Positions 48,001 through 61,022 of a stretch of 64,000 nt of DNA are shown here, piece after piece (position 1 is the first letter of the stretch; each line of letters opens with the position of its first letter). The position numbers were made by a program, and so were the translations under genes. This DNA comes from Ascidiella aspersa (taxonomy: Eukaryota), in contig OZ004610.1 in NCBI GenBank assembly GCA_963924565.1, positions 34,162,001-34,226,000 of the forward strand, read 5' to 3'. Below the pieces are notes generated by a model. That model saw nothing but the letters and a program-made list of their open reading frames with translations. It did no database searches and was not told the origin of the DNA.

Positions 48001-51000
48001 GAATGTTAACTCAAAAGCGTGTTCGAATAGGTTTAACAACTCCTGGCCTAGATAAATCTTTCAACAACTTTTACCGTTTCCAGGTTTAAGAACTAAAATT
48101 CCTGAATGCTACTAAGAAGTAGAACTATAGTTATTTAGTTCTTAAACTTCCAACTACTTAACTAAACTGGCACAAGTTTGATAAATACAAGTATTTAATC
48201 GCGCAGCAGTATGGAGATATAACCAGCATAAGCCTTAAATCCCCTTATTTCTCGTCAAATCTCTTTACATCGGCCTAATATTAAATAATCCCGTTTATGA
48301 GGAAGTTCCTTTAAGCAGGGAGTCCTATCAATCACGCTCCACATTTCAGCGAGAAAAAAACAGCGCAGAAAGCGTAAATCACTCAGTAACTGGCCCCATC
48401 CGCCTTCTAGCAGCACCAGCTCCAGTCATAGTAGACCTGAATCAACTTTTTGGCACTCTGGGAAGCATTTTCACCCAAAACGCAGCGTGAAAAAGCGCGC
48501 CGTGGAAATCGGCGACGTCGCTCGTGGGAATGCGTGCGAACGCCGCACGATATCACGACGCGTTTTCCGACTTCCGCAGATTGATTTTGAGCCGCGCTTG
48601 CGCCTGTAATAATCATCTAATGTGTGGAAGAAGTCGGCTGCTGTAAATATGAAGGTCAAGCTTACTAAACGCACAGGATTCTAACCTGTCAGAAAATTGA
48701 AAGGCAAATTACGGCCTTTACTTGTCATAATTATGGCCAATTACCTTTCGGTTAATAACTAAATGAGTTTTTTTAAAGGTCAAACACAAACCGGATAAAT
48801 ACGCGATAGTTAATCGATTTAAAGGAAATTAATTAAAAATACTTTGACCGACGGGACTAAATCCAAGCGTTTTCAAAAAAAACAAACTAAATGTTAAGAA
48901 ATATCCTTAAACGAAAATTACGACAATGGCTTTAAATAAAAGCAGAATTATTGGAATTAAGAGACTGGAGGTGCTTTTTTGGCGAAATATAATATTGTTA
49001 AGATCGTATAAAACGACTGAATTTGACAACGACAGAAAAGTCCAAAGAATAACTAAAAAAAATGCTAACTACTACAGTTTATTTCTACAGGTCAAGTAAT
49101 TGATTCCAACAAAAAGAGCATTATCTATTCATTTGTTAAACGAGGTCAAATAACTTAAGGATTTGACTCTAAACAGCATCTGCCGTATAACACTCAAACG
49201 ATTGCTGACATATTTCCAACATTGCTTACTGGGGCGTGAAACAATCGTTTGTGCGTCACAAAGACACTTGTGTCATTTCGAACGATGTTACTTGTTTCAT
49301 GTAAAAGTTGCCTCTTTCAGGCAAATTTAAAAAAATATATGCGCCTCTACTGTATTGAAACCATGTTAACCTTTTTAAAACTCCGCTAATATTAATTGAT
49401 TGAAATTAAATGAACAAACAAGATTACGAATCTGATTTTTCAGAAAGAACAAAGTTTTTAAAAAATCTTTAAAGCTCTTTATTATTATGTTATTATCAAG
49501 GTCTGGTGTTCATTAGTATTAGGTATAAAGCGCCAATAATTGCCAGAGCATATTATTTCTGTTGACTTTAAAGTTTATTAACCGAACCTTTTCACGCACA
49601 ATAATACCAGGCAGGAAATCATTTAAAATAACAGGCGCTGTAAAAATACCAGTAAATGGCTGATTGGCGATTAAAGCTTGACTCATTGGCGCGTTTGGCC
49701 AGATTTGTAAAGTGGGTCGCCCATATTTTAAACAGGATAAAGGGGATTTGGGAAACACGAGGTTTTCTGTGTAAAACACGTTTCCAATATGCCACAGACT
49801 AAGCAGCGACATAAATATTAAGCTGCTACATAAAAGCTTTAAGCTGACGGACATAAATACTGCTCTAAAAGCGAGAAATCACAGTTTAAAAGTATTACAA
49901 ACTGTCATTTCGTCCGTATATTAACTATTTTGTTGCTTCAACAATAAATATTTTTATGTCGCTTTTCCCAATAATAAAATGTTATGGGTCAATATAGGTT
50001 ATTATGTGCAGAGTTTTATCACTTAAAAGTACAAAAAATCATCTATAAAAGGTTAATTTTAAATACTTGAAATATAAAATAGTCTAAGCAATCCCACTGT
50101 ATATTCTAGTTAACTTGAGGGGTGACGCAACATCAGCTTTCGTAAGGCAAAATATTATTCATTTTTCGTACTAATAAAATCATAGGACGCCTATATATTA
50201 TAGGGTCAAAGACCAAATAAAGTGGTGCAATAAGCAAACAGTTTGTGGCTTGATCGTCAGTAATTTGCCGCTGTGGGAAAAAATAAGAATCAGCAAATAA
50301 ATCGAGACTTTGCACTTTTAAAGCAAATTACCCGAAGTGATTTATAACTGACGTAAAGTTGCAAAGTAAGCGATCTCCATAAAACTGGAATAAATTCAAA
50401 CAACATACAGCGGTGTCATTCTATGGTTCAAAATGCTACATACTTTATGGGCTTTGATATTTATTCTACGTCTATCTGGAGTTTCAACCAAGTCAAGCAA
50501 AAAGTCAACGAAGCTATGAGCTAACTCATTCTTAATAACAACTGCTTATGTAGGTAACATTCGAATAGTTCAAAATACTACCTACTTCTATATGGGCTAT
50601 GATGTCCCTACTATGGCGAACTAAAAACCTCTAACTGCTTAAAACTATTTGTGTTTTTTATATTGAAAGTCTTAACCCTGACTTTATATACTTTTCACCT
50701 AATAATTGTCTGCACTCGCTCGCAAACGTGTCTCAAACCTCGAGTTACATTCAAAGCTCCAGCGAGTCACTAAACCTTAACGGAGCTGACCGTTGGTTAA
50801 AGTCAGCAGTAGCAACATGATTAGTAGTAGGAGTGGCTGCGCGTATATTTCAACGACTGTGCAAAAAAGAGAAACCGGGGCGAAACAAAAACGCCGCTTT
50901 TTTTCAGCTTTCCACCCGAAGGGCGTCGCAATCTTTCCAAAAAGTAGCGCTAGGCACTCGCTCGTCGGCTTTGAGGGCCAATTGAGGGAAGAAACGAAGT

Positions 51001-54000
51001 GCTTGGATCGAACTCGTGTGCCTGGCGCAAAAATATGCCGCTTTTCAGCGAGAAAAAGGCGCAAAATCCCATTTCCTGGCGGGCAGCTGCCCCAAGTAGC
51101 ACAATGCCGGCCTATGGGAGTAGAAGCTCGCTCAAGAAATCTCGAGAAATGCTTGGAGCGTTTCAGGAAGCCGGGAGTTTCAGGGCCCGGGGTTTTGATT
51201 AAGATTGACACTTTGGTCACAATTTTAAGCGCTTTGCAAGTTAATAAAAAGCAGTTATTAATGTTGATAAGTGTTACAAAGTTCTACAATGTTTAATATA
51301 TATCCGAACTAGGAAAATTTAAATCTTACAATACAAATGTACGAAATCTTTGGTTTTGTTTTTCGCCATCGATTTCGTTTTAAGGGCAAGAAAGTGTCAG
51401 GTTAAAAAAAAATTCAAGTTTGTTATTTTTTCTTGGTACTGCCTCACACTTATTTTACGAAAAACCAACAATAAATTATAAACCTTTTAAATATTTTTTA
51501 AAGGTAGGACTTTCGGAAACCGAAACACTGCAAAATTTTGTCCCGAATTCAAACTAGGTTTCCCAATTAGGTTTATTTGATTTGCAGCTCTTAAAATGTA
51601 ATTAGGAGTAATTGGCGAATAAATGAGGTCATTAGCACAAAGACCTTATTGTATGAAAAAAAACTAACATAATTATCACCGCTACAACTGCGTAAAATTG
51701 GAAACCTTAATAAAACTCTATTTTAAAAACATTTTAGGCCTTTTTAATAGACTTAAATACAACCTAAAATAATATAACCTTATATAACCTAATGTAACTA
51801 AAAGAAGTTGGCGATTAAATGAGGTCATTTGCCACAAATACCTTATTGTATAAAAACCTAATTTACTATATTACTGACAGAGCTGCTTTAAGAATATAAA
51901 TAACTAATGATTATCGAAGCTTAATGAAACAAATATATTCTAAAAACATTTTAGGTCTTTCCTATTAACCCAAACATATACTTAAATTAATAAATAAATA
52001 AAAATGCATCTTAAACTCCATTATATATTAATTTCTTGTCACTGCCTTAAATATCTATCTATAATTAAGTGTTTTAAACTTCCTAAATAAAGCGATATCT
52101 TTGCCACAATCATGCGATGCGGAATGACAACTGGTCGATCTCTTCGGTTCAAACTCGACAGAAGTTGAAATCAACAACGAGAGAAAAAGGTTTGTAGCGA
52201 ACATTTCAACGATGGAAAACAACCGCAATTGCGCTGAACGCTGAGGGACCACCAGAGCCTATTTAAAAGGCCCACTTGAAGAAGGCCGCTCCTTTTCTGG
52301 TACCTTTTTTGGGGGTTGAAATGGTAAGCGACTGTTCTTTGAGACAATAAAATGGTAATCAAGGTTGAAACTTTAAAGAAAGAGCGAGGTTTATTTCGAG
52401 GGGCGGAAAATACGGCTCAAAAAGGCCTGGACAAAAAATAATTTAATAATCTACGCTGGGTTAACTTTACAGCCCCTTGCCTAGCTCATTTTTTTATTCT
52501 AGTTTTTACATTTTTTAAATGTTATAGGTAAAAATTCGGCGACGACAGTTTTTATGGTAATTGGACAGGAAAATTCGCCAAGTTGTGATACATGCCCCAC
52601 CCTAAAAAAATAAAAGTATATGGCCCTCAAAAAAAGGGAATACGACCTAAAAATGAAAAGTGCGTTATTTAAAAATAATCTGGCTGAGTTTTTTTTATTG
52701 AGATTATATGTTTTGAGGGTGTCGATTGTTTTTTTAAGGAAGTGATATTCAAATATACTAAGGGGTTATAAAAACACCCCAAAAGGGTTGGAAACAGTTC
52801 CTGGCGCATTTCCACCAAAGGGCCGCGAAAACGGAGCCAACGGGGTCTTAAGTGTTGAGCGTTTTTCGACGGGAATGACAGAAGCTAGCAGCTGCTACTA
52901 TCTCTTGCCTGGCAAGCTAAAATTAGCGCTCAGCCTCTCGCGATAAAACTCAGGGCGCTTGGCAAATAGTGCCTTGAAACGTTGGTCGCTAAGGACAGCT
53001 GAATATGCTGCGCCGAGATATGCACACTGCACAGCCACCCAATTAGCGCCGACTGCCGCGATTTTCAAACACTCGACTTGCAATTTTAACTCGCTAGCTT
53101 TGCTGTTTTCACACCGTTTGGCGCGCTCTTGTATTCTAGTGTTGGTTTTAATGCGCCAAGCGGTGTGAGAATGGTCGTGTAATCTTAGCGAGGACTTTTA
53201 ACTGATAAGTGTCGCGCGATTTTGACAAGCAACAATTTCAACTTTTGCTAAAAGTCTGTTGGAGCGGATAAGGCACTACAAGATGACGACTAGCAGGCCG
53301 GGAGTCGCTTTTTATCGACGTTGATGTCGGTTTCTCACACTCGACAAATCGCTGCATAATTTGCTTTAGATAAAAACTTGGCTCGGAGCTAATTGCGTGA
53401 GAATTTCTGCCAAGCGTGTCTAAAACAACTCGATTTTTAACGTTATTCTATAGCAATTGAATTGACCAACAAATAGTATGGAAAGCTTGTTGAAGAAAAT
53501 CTAAACTTTTATAGCGTAAGATTAATCTTAATCAAGTATTTTGGAAAACTTAAAAATGCAAAAAATTACAAAGTAATATGCACCTTTTTCTATGGGCCAG
53601 TCAGTAATTAGGACAAATAATGTCCAAATAGTATTTAACACTATTTTAGGCTATTCACGTTATTATACAATGTACTATTAAAATAAAAATACATAATTTT
53701 TTGTCTAACGTGGCTTTATGCCTGTTGAAAACACGTTTTTAAACTACGCCTCTGTACATTTTATCCCCTTTGCTATTCGGTCCTAATTCATTCAACTTGT
53801 AAATAAGCTCTTTCTAACAAAAAAATGATTAGTTTGCAATAAAAATAGGACTTTTTGAAAAGGTATATTATTCGCTTAAAAGCTAACATAAAATTTTACT
53901 AAAATTAAAAGTTTAATTGTTTTTAAGTTATTTGAACTAAATAACCACTCTTATGTCATTTATTTAAAGGCTGACGTGGTTTATTAAAATAAAACCTTGT

Positions 54001-57000
54001 ATTTTTATGATAATTTTCTAATTTTTTTGCTACTTGACCCAATAACCAATCCTAATTATTTCGCGAGCCGAGGGTTTAAAAAACACAGGGTATTAAATAT
54101 CAGCGGTGCTCGTAATTTTCCATTGTTGGGTAGCGCGATAACCGTTTCGCGAAGAGACGCGAAAAATCGTGTTTCGTTTTATCTGCGGTTTGGAAAAACC
54201 ATCGGAATATCGAGCGCTGATGTATCAGATTCCAAGATTCTAATAACTCAGTGCATTGATGGGAATTGGTGGCCGCAAGATGCAGAATAAATCGAGATTG
54301 GATAAAAAACCTCCCGAAGTGAACCAGATAAGATCATTTCACCGCGATTTATTATCTCTCTTGCTTTGGGTGGACAGAGAGAATTTACGGCGGGGTCAAT
54401 GATATGCCGTGAGAAAATAAAAGGGAGAAGAATTCGAACAAATGCCTTCTGCAAAGCAAGCTGGTTTAAATCGAATGAAATATCGCTATTGAGTTATTTA
54501 TGGATGGTCGGTCGAACTGCGTAGATCCGAAACGTTTATTTTGGATATTTTATCGATATAGCGGTCAGCATGGTTATGACATATTATTTTCGTTTATGAT
54601 TTTGTAATATGCATTTTTTGTATCCATAATTTTACTACACAAACCAAAAAAACACTATAAAAATTAAGACAACATGTAAAAATTTTAGCACAATTGAACA
54701 ACTTAAAAAATCCTTAAAAAAGCTCTAAAAATTGCTGGTTATGTTACCCCCCCCCCAAAAAAAAAAACGTTAAGAAGACTTTCTATTTAGTAAATCATCA
54801 ATTAGAGAGTGAAGTTATTCGAAAAAACGCTTTTGCAAAGCAACCTCGTTTAAATCGAATGAGATATCGCTGTTATTGAGTTGGTTATGGATGGTCGAAA
54901 AGGAAACCAAAGCGTTTGTATGGATATATTTTATCGACGTAGCGTTCAGCATATGGTTAAAGCAGATTAGAATATTGTAGTCAAAAAAAATTAAAAAATA
55001 ATGTTTAGTACGATAGTCAAAAAGGCGCAATAATTAGCACAACACGGTAATTTTGACAACTTGACCTCCAAAATTGACTACTTTTGCTAACCACAAGCAA
55101 AATGGCAACAAGACGTCTAATTAGATAAATTTAGACAATTTATGACAAAGTTATTGAACCAAGCTACTTTTTTACGACAGCAGAAAAAAAATGTTAATTA
55201 AGCAACCGCAAACGAAAAAGGACAATTTAAGATTCACAATTGTAGCAAAAACATGAAAAATCGCGACACTACTTCTAATCCTTTCCGTGGGATGAATAAT
55301 TCACTTGTATACGCGCGCGCAATTCGTATCCGCCCCCTCAGCACAGATTGTAACTCTATAAAGCAGCGGTGACCAACTGTGTGCCTCGAGAGATATTTTG
55401 AGAAATTTTTCTATATTTGCGAAATTTTTCTTATTTAGTATAACAACTTTATTACAATCTCCATAAAAAATACTTAACGTACACTACAATTTAGAAAACT
55501 TGTGTATAGTTTTTGGAGCGTAATGGTTATAAGTAGTAGGATTATAACAGCAGGTCACATTGGGAATATTTTGAATATGTCTTTATTAATTTTCAAAATG
55601 GTGATATTTTGTTATTTGACCCTTGTCGTGTATTAAGATTTGTCAAGTTATGATTTTACTGTTTTGTATGATGCATTCCGCCAATGTATATATATATCTT
55701 ATTTTTAGTATCCCGCAAGCGAAACAAATGGGATCCACTTCCTAAAACCCATCTACAAAGAACAATAACAGCAAAAAAGACGACAAAATCGTATTAGGAG
55801 AAAAAAACACGTTTTTGCTCGGTGAAATATCGATGTAGAGCTAGCGGGCGGGTGGTGCTCGCCAGGAGCGGATAATATCACAAGCGGGGATTAGCCTTTA
55901 ATCTACAATAGTCGTTTCCTTCTCGCAACAATTCAAATCTAAATCACCGAGACCAGCCGAGCTTTGGTGGCTCTTGCTGTTCGGCGCAAACCTTGCATTT
56001 TAAATCTTAAAAATTTTGTCTGTTTTAATGGTGAAAATAGCGGCCCAAATAGACGTAACAAGTCTGTTTTTTTCTTAAAATTTGAAATCGGACTTTTTAT
56101 TTTAAAAATTTAATTAAAAAACTCCAAAAATGTATGCTAACATACTTATAATGAATGTCGTTTTTATTGACCGGTACGACTCCAGAAAAGCTTGATCAAA
56201 TAATACACAATGTGGATATTAATGTTTTAGTTAATATAACTATATGATAATATTTAAAAATATATACCTTAAATACGAGACGGCAGTTTAAGAAACCATC
56301 ATTTTCTGCTCTCGCCAGAATAACTTAAAGTACGATGAAACCTAGCATGTAAATTCACGCACAAAACAAGCGCCTTGAAAATCCAACGAATCAATTTGTG
56401 CTTAACTAAGATTGACGCAAAGTTTACATTTTTTATGTGTAAGAATGTATTTCTAATTGCTTCCTTGACCGAACTCAAACTCAAAACTGTACGTTAACGT
56501 AACTATTTAATAAAGCAAAAAACAGTTGAATTGAAAGGCTTCACAGCAAATGAAAGAAATCGTTTAACATAACAAATAGGGAAATCAATTTAATGAGCTA
56601 CTTAGGTTACATAAAACCCATTGCGCTATATTTTGAAACGAACAGCAACTTATATTTGACTGTTGATTCGATGTTTTTATCAAACAGGACTGACTCCTAT
56701 TGCAAATCAACGCGGTAAATCAAAATCTTTAAAAATGAAACCTTGTTAATCAAACTCAAAGTTAAAAAGGCCAAGTAAATTATCTTGATGAAAATATTTG
56801 GAAATACATTCAAACCTCATCAATAAAAGGTGGATATATTTCAGTCATATTAACTGAAGATCATACAAGTTCGTATCGATATTTCTTTACTACGATGATG
56901 CCGATTTATTCAAACTTTTTGGCTTTGCCATTCTTTTTTAAGCTGCATTATAGATCCTTGCATAGTGTAGCTAAACTAAAAACCACACACTAAAAATCTA

Positions 57001-57419
57001 ACCACAAAACGAACGCCTCAAAAGCAAGCGAGTCTTTTCTCAACTAACGTCGTCGCACAAGCGAACAGTTGATTGGGCAACTGTTGGTTAGTAACAGCTG
57101 GCAGCAGCTAGCAAGCAGGGCGACCACTTCGAGCGCACAAAACCGAGCAGTTGGCCTTTTTTTCGCTTTTATTGTAAGACGATCGGACGCGGACGCCCAA
57201 ACCTACAGCACAGCGAAAAATGTAAACGGCCAATTCAGCGACGGGATCATATTTCGACGATTTTCTACATTCTGTGATTGGGCCAACGCAACGAAACGCC
57301 GTTTGCTGGGAAGAACGGGCCTTTGGGAAAAATCGCTCCAATTTCGGCGTAAAATTGCGATCAATAAGAGTAGTTGCCGCACAGTTTTGTGAAATAAATC
57401 TAAAGACTTTTCCAATAGT

Positions 57420-57645
57420 AGGAACATCAAAGCCCATACAGAAGTAGGTGGAATTTTGAACGTTTCGAATAACTCAAAAAGAATGATACCTACTTTTGTA
57501 TGGGCTTTGATATTCATTCTGCGTCCAACTATAACCTCCAACCAATACCTTAAAATTTTTTCGAAACTTTTAAAATGTTGCCTACTTCTATATGGGTTTT
57601 TATATTTTTAGTACGTCCTACTACAACCTCCAACAATTACGCTTC
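57420..57645. repeat. Palindromic plus tandem copy of the AAAGCCCATACAGAAGTAGG family
   Basis: One left-facing unit, then two head-to-tail ~95-bp units in the opposite orientation. Confidence 0.75.
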
Positions 57646-60428
57646 AAACTTTTATAGGTTTTAAGGTGAAAATGAAATAAAAATAAATTACACGAAAATT
57701 GAACAATATAAATGCCATGGTCAATATAATAACAACTATTTTTTTTTACCGTGGTAGTTTTTGAACTCAAAACCTAAGTTAAACTTCTAATACATTAAAA
57801 GACTTTTGAAAAAAACAAATGTTTTCATCACTTTTTAACGTACATATCAATTAAAGACTTTTAAAGATTCAAAGACTTTGTATTTTGGCAACCCTTCGAA
57901 CTGCCGTTTACTGGGATTCGCATTTGCTGGGCCTTTGGGAAAATTCGTTCCAATTTCGGCACAAAACTGCGATCAATATAAGCAGAGTGGAAAGTGGTGA
58001 GCTTCTAGTGCCTCGAAATGCTCTTAACATTTTTCCTTCTCAGGTCCCTTATGTATATCACAAAAACGCCGATGAAAATATGCCGTAATCTTGGGGATAC
58101 TGGAATTTGAGGCTTGCACAATTTGGATGTCAATTGCTATACCGCGCATTACAGTAAATTGAACACAAAATATGCTAAAAGCATTCACAAAAATTCAATC
58201 TACTTCTGTATGGGCTTCCATATTCTTTCTAGGTCGAACTACAACTCCATCCTTTATCTTATAATTTATTCGAAACGTTCAAAATACCTACCTCTGTATG
58301 GGCTTTGATTTTTTATTCTTCGTCCGACTACAATAACCAGTTTGTAAGCTAGTGGCTGTCAAGCTTTACTGCTGTACAGAATTTAGTGGGCTTAATTACT
58401 CTTTGATGTTTTTACCACTTAAAATATAGCGGCGTTTTGCTGCCTTTAGCAGTATTTGCACCAAGGCCTTCCCCTTATTTTCCACGTATTATTCAGGGAT
58501 TTAGGGGCAAGAATATCTTATTGCACGCGACGTCTAGCTTGAATGGCAGTTTGAGCGAAAATCCGACGTTTTCATAAACTCAAAGCTGTTAGTTATGCGC
58601 CAAATCTAAACCGCTGTTAACAAATCGTTACGTTGCAATGCTAATTTTGTTTGAGTTAATGAATAAACTTTTTTGAAAGTGTTGGTTTTCAAATGAGTGT
58701 TTAGCAACGCAATATTTACACAACGTGTGTTTAAATACTTGACTTGGCAAGTATAAATGTCAAAATCCGAATAGATTTTAAAATAACTAAAGAGTTTTGC
58801 GAAACCTTCAAAATGCTACTTACTCCTGAATGGGCTCTGATGTTTATTTTATGTCCAACTACAATCTCCAACCATTATCTTAAGATTTATTCGAAACATT
58901 CAAAATGCTCCCTATTTCTGTATGAACTTTTACATTCCTACTACGTCGAACTGCAACCTCCGACCTTTAGGTTTTACCAAGCTTGACAGTTACAATATAG
59001 TTAGTTACTACGGTTATGCTCCTCACTAAAAATAACGGTTTTAGGATTGAACAAAACCTAACATTGGTCTCCAAGACTCCATCGCATCACACTGAAGCCC
59101 TGGAACAATTTGCACCGCTTTGAGGAAGTCAAACACAGCGATATTGCTGAAAATAGTTCAGTTGGCTTGGCAGCTGTGTAAATTCTCGCTAATTCGCCTC
59201 ACAAAACCACTGAAAGAAAATCACGCTGAGGTTGGCAATTATTAGCCGGCGAAAAAAGTAGCGAAATTACTTCCCGCTTGGGCTGGGTTGAAAGGGGATC
59301 TGGTTCGTTTTGTGGGTGAATTTAGAGGGGGGGGGGTCGGTGCCAGGCAACCCACTTCACAAAGCACAGGAAATCGTGCGAAAATATCAACGTCATATAC
59401 GGAAGTTGTGGCTTCGCGTAATTTATTAAGGAATCACAATTTTTCTTTCAAATAAAATAATCCGAATGATGAAAAAAAAAAACGATTCAGGATGCACATA
59501 ATTCCTAAATTTCACACTAACTACGAAGCTTGGAAGTCAAAGTTTGTACAGATATATAAAATCTTGCCATATATTTTTACTGACAGTACATACAGTTAAC
59601 TATGAAAACATTGTCAAAAATTCAAACCTATATCGACAAAAGGACAATAATCGGTTTAGAAGTATTCTATAGTGACTAAAAATATAGTTAGATTTTTTTC
59701 CAGCCTTTTTTAAACTTCGAGATTGCTTATTTTTTATAGGTAAATTGTATAGTTTATCTTTTTGTTAGATTATTTTTATCAAACTGTCCCGCCTAATGAT
59801 ACAATTAGTTTACAGCTCACTGAACAGTTTCTACCATTAATCTACTTTTACCAAACCAATGCTAAAATAATTTAATCATAAACGTTAACACATTGTAGTA
59901 AGACTTGATCATATGCGTTAACACGTTGTAACCTACTACAAGTGTCTGACACTCAACACCAGCTATACCTCTCAGAAAAAATTATCTCTGATTTTGCGCG
60001 TCGAAAAAAAATTGCCAAATTACAATAAATTTATTTGTTGCCGTACGTATACAAAGCCAGCTTATATTAAGGGCAGAGAAAATTACCGCTCATACCGGAA
60101 TTTAATTTTCCTGCCTTTATCAAACCTGTGGCTGCTATCGTGCAATATTATCGCTTTATGGCGCCGAAAAATAAATTACCTAAATAATAGATGAATTTCG
60201 TTGAAGGGCCGCGAAGGTTTTTCAACATTTTCGGTAAAATTCTGACATTTACTGCCTTTCGTAAGACACGCACTTGTTAAATTTGGACGCCGTATCGACC
60301 CACAATACGGGGCTATATTTGGGTTGGTTTACTGCGCTGGGAACTTAATATTCGACCTAATGGTAAAAGTTATGTTTTGTATTTCTTTGTTTTTTATTAG
60401 CTTGGCAAAATAAAACCATCGTAATGTT

Positions 60429-60597
60429 TAGGGGTTGTAGTTAGACATAGGATAAATACATAAGCCCATACAGAAGTAGGTAGCATTTTTAACGTCTTAA
60501 ATAAATCTGTATTGCTAAAGGGATATTCAAACACCCACAATGCTATGTACTTCTGTATGGACTTTAATATTTATTCAATGTCTAACTACAACCTCTA
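60429..60597. mobile_element. MITE/foldback-like element with ~60-bp imperfect inverted arms
   Basis: TAGGGGTTGTAGTTAGACAT...AAGCCCATACAGAAGTA versus TACTTCTGTATGGACTT...ATGTCTAACTACAACCTCTA. Confidence 0.7.
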
Positions 60598-60980
60598 GCC
60601 AATATGTTTCAAAGAAGTTTCTATATCATTGATTAAAACCAATTCATTTCGCAGTTACGCTTCAATAAGAGCAATTTCAGCAGTTCAAACTTCAAAGTCA
60701 ACAATACAGTAATTGTTTAAAATTGTTTCCACTTTTAAATACGAACTACAGACAAATTGGTCAATATTCATGGTCAGTTATCACCAAAAGTTACTAATAA
60801 TCATGTTTCTTTATCGCGTTCCAGATGCTACAACTTAAATCTTTATTTTATTCAGTCCTAAACATAATAAACATGCCAAATTACATATATAAACTGTTGC
60901 TACCAGGCATGGTAATATAAACCAAAAACAGCTTTTCTTTTTTTGCTTTCCATTTATTGTACGAGCGTTCAGTGTCAATC

Positions 60981-61022
60981 ACCCTGACGAAGGCGGCTTG
61001 TATAGGTTGCCGAAACGTTGGT
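60981..61022 (+). ncRNA. Minimal type-I hammerhead ribozyme motif (Penelope-like element remnant)
   Basis: ACC - CTGACGA - A - GGCGGCTT gtat AGGTTGCC - GAAA - CGTT - GGT. Both core boxes present, 8-bp stem II (with G-U pairs), palindromic ACGT stem III, 3-bp stem I ACC/GGT. Confidence 0.65.

Noticed and set aside
50777-51296. Overlapping 147-aa and 167-aa ORFs on opposite strands
   Set aside because: Non-ATG starts, no domain, no convincing splice context; expected by chance in a GC-richer block.
56850-56890. Second hammerhead (CTGAAGA...)
   Set aside because: The second box reads GATA rather than GAAA and the stems are poor.
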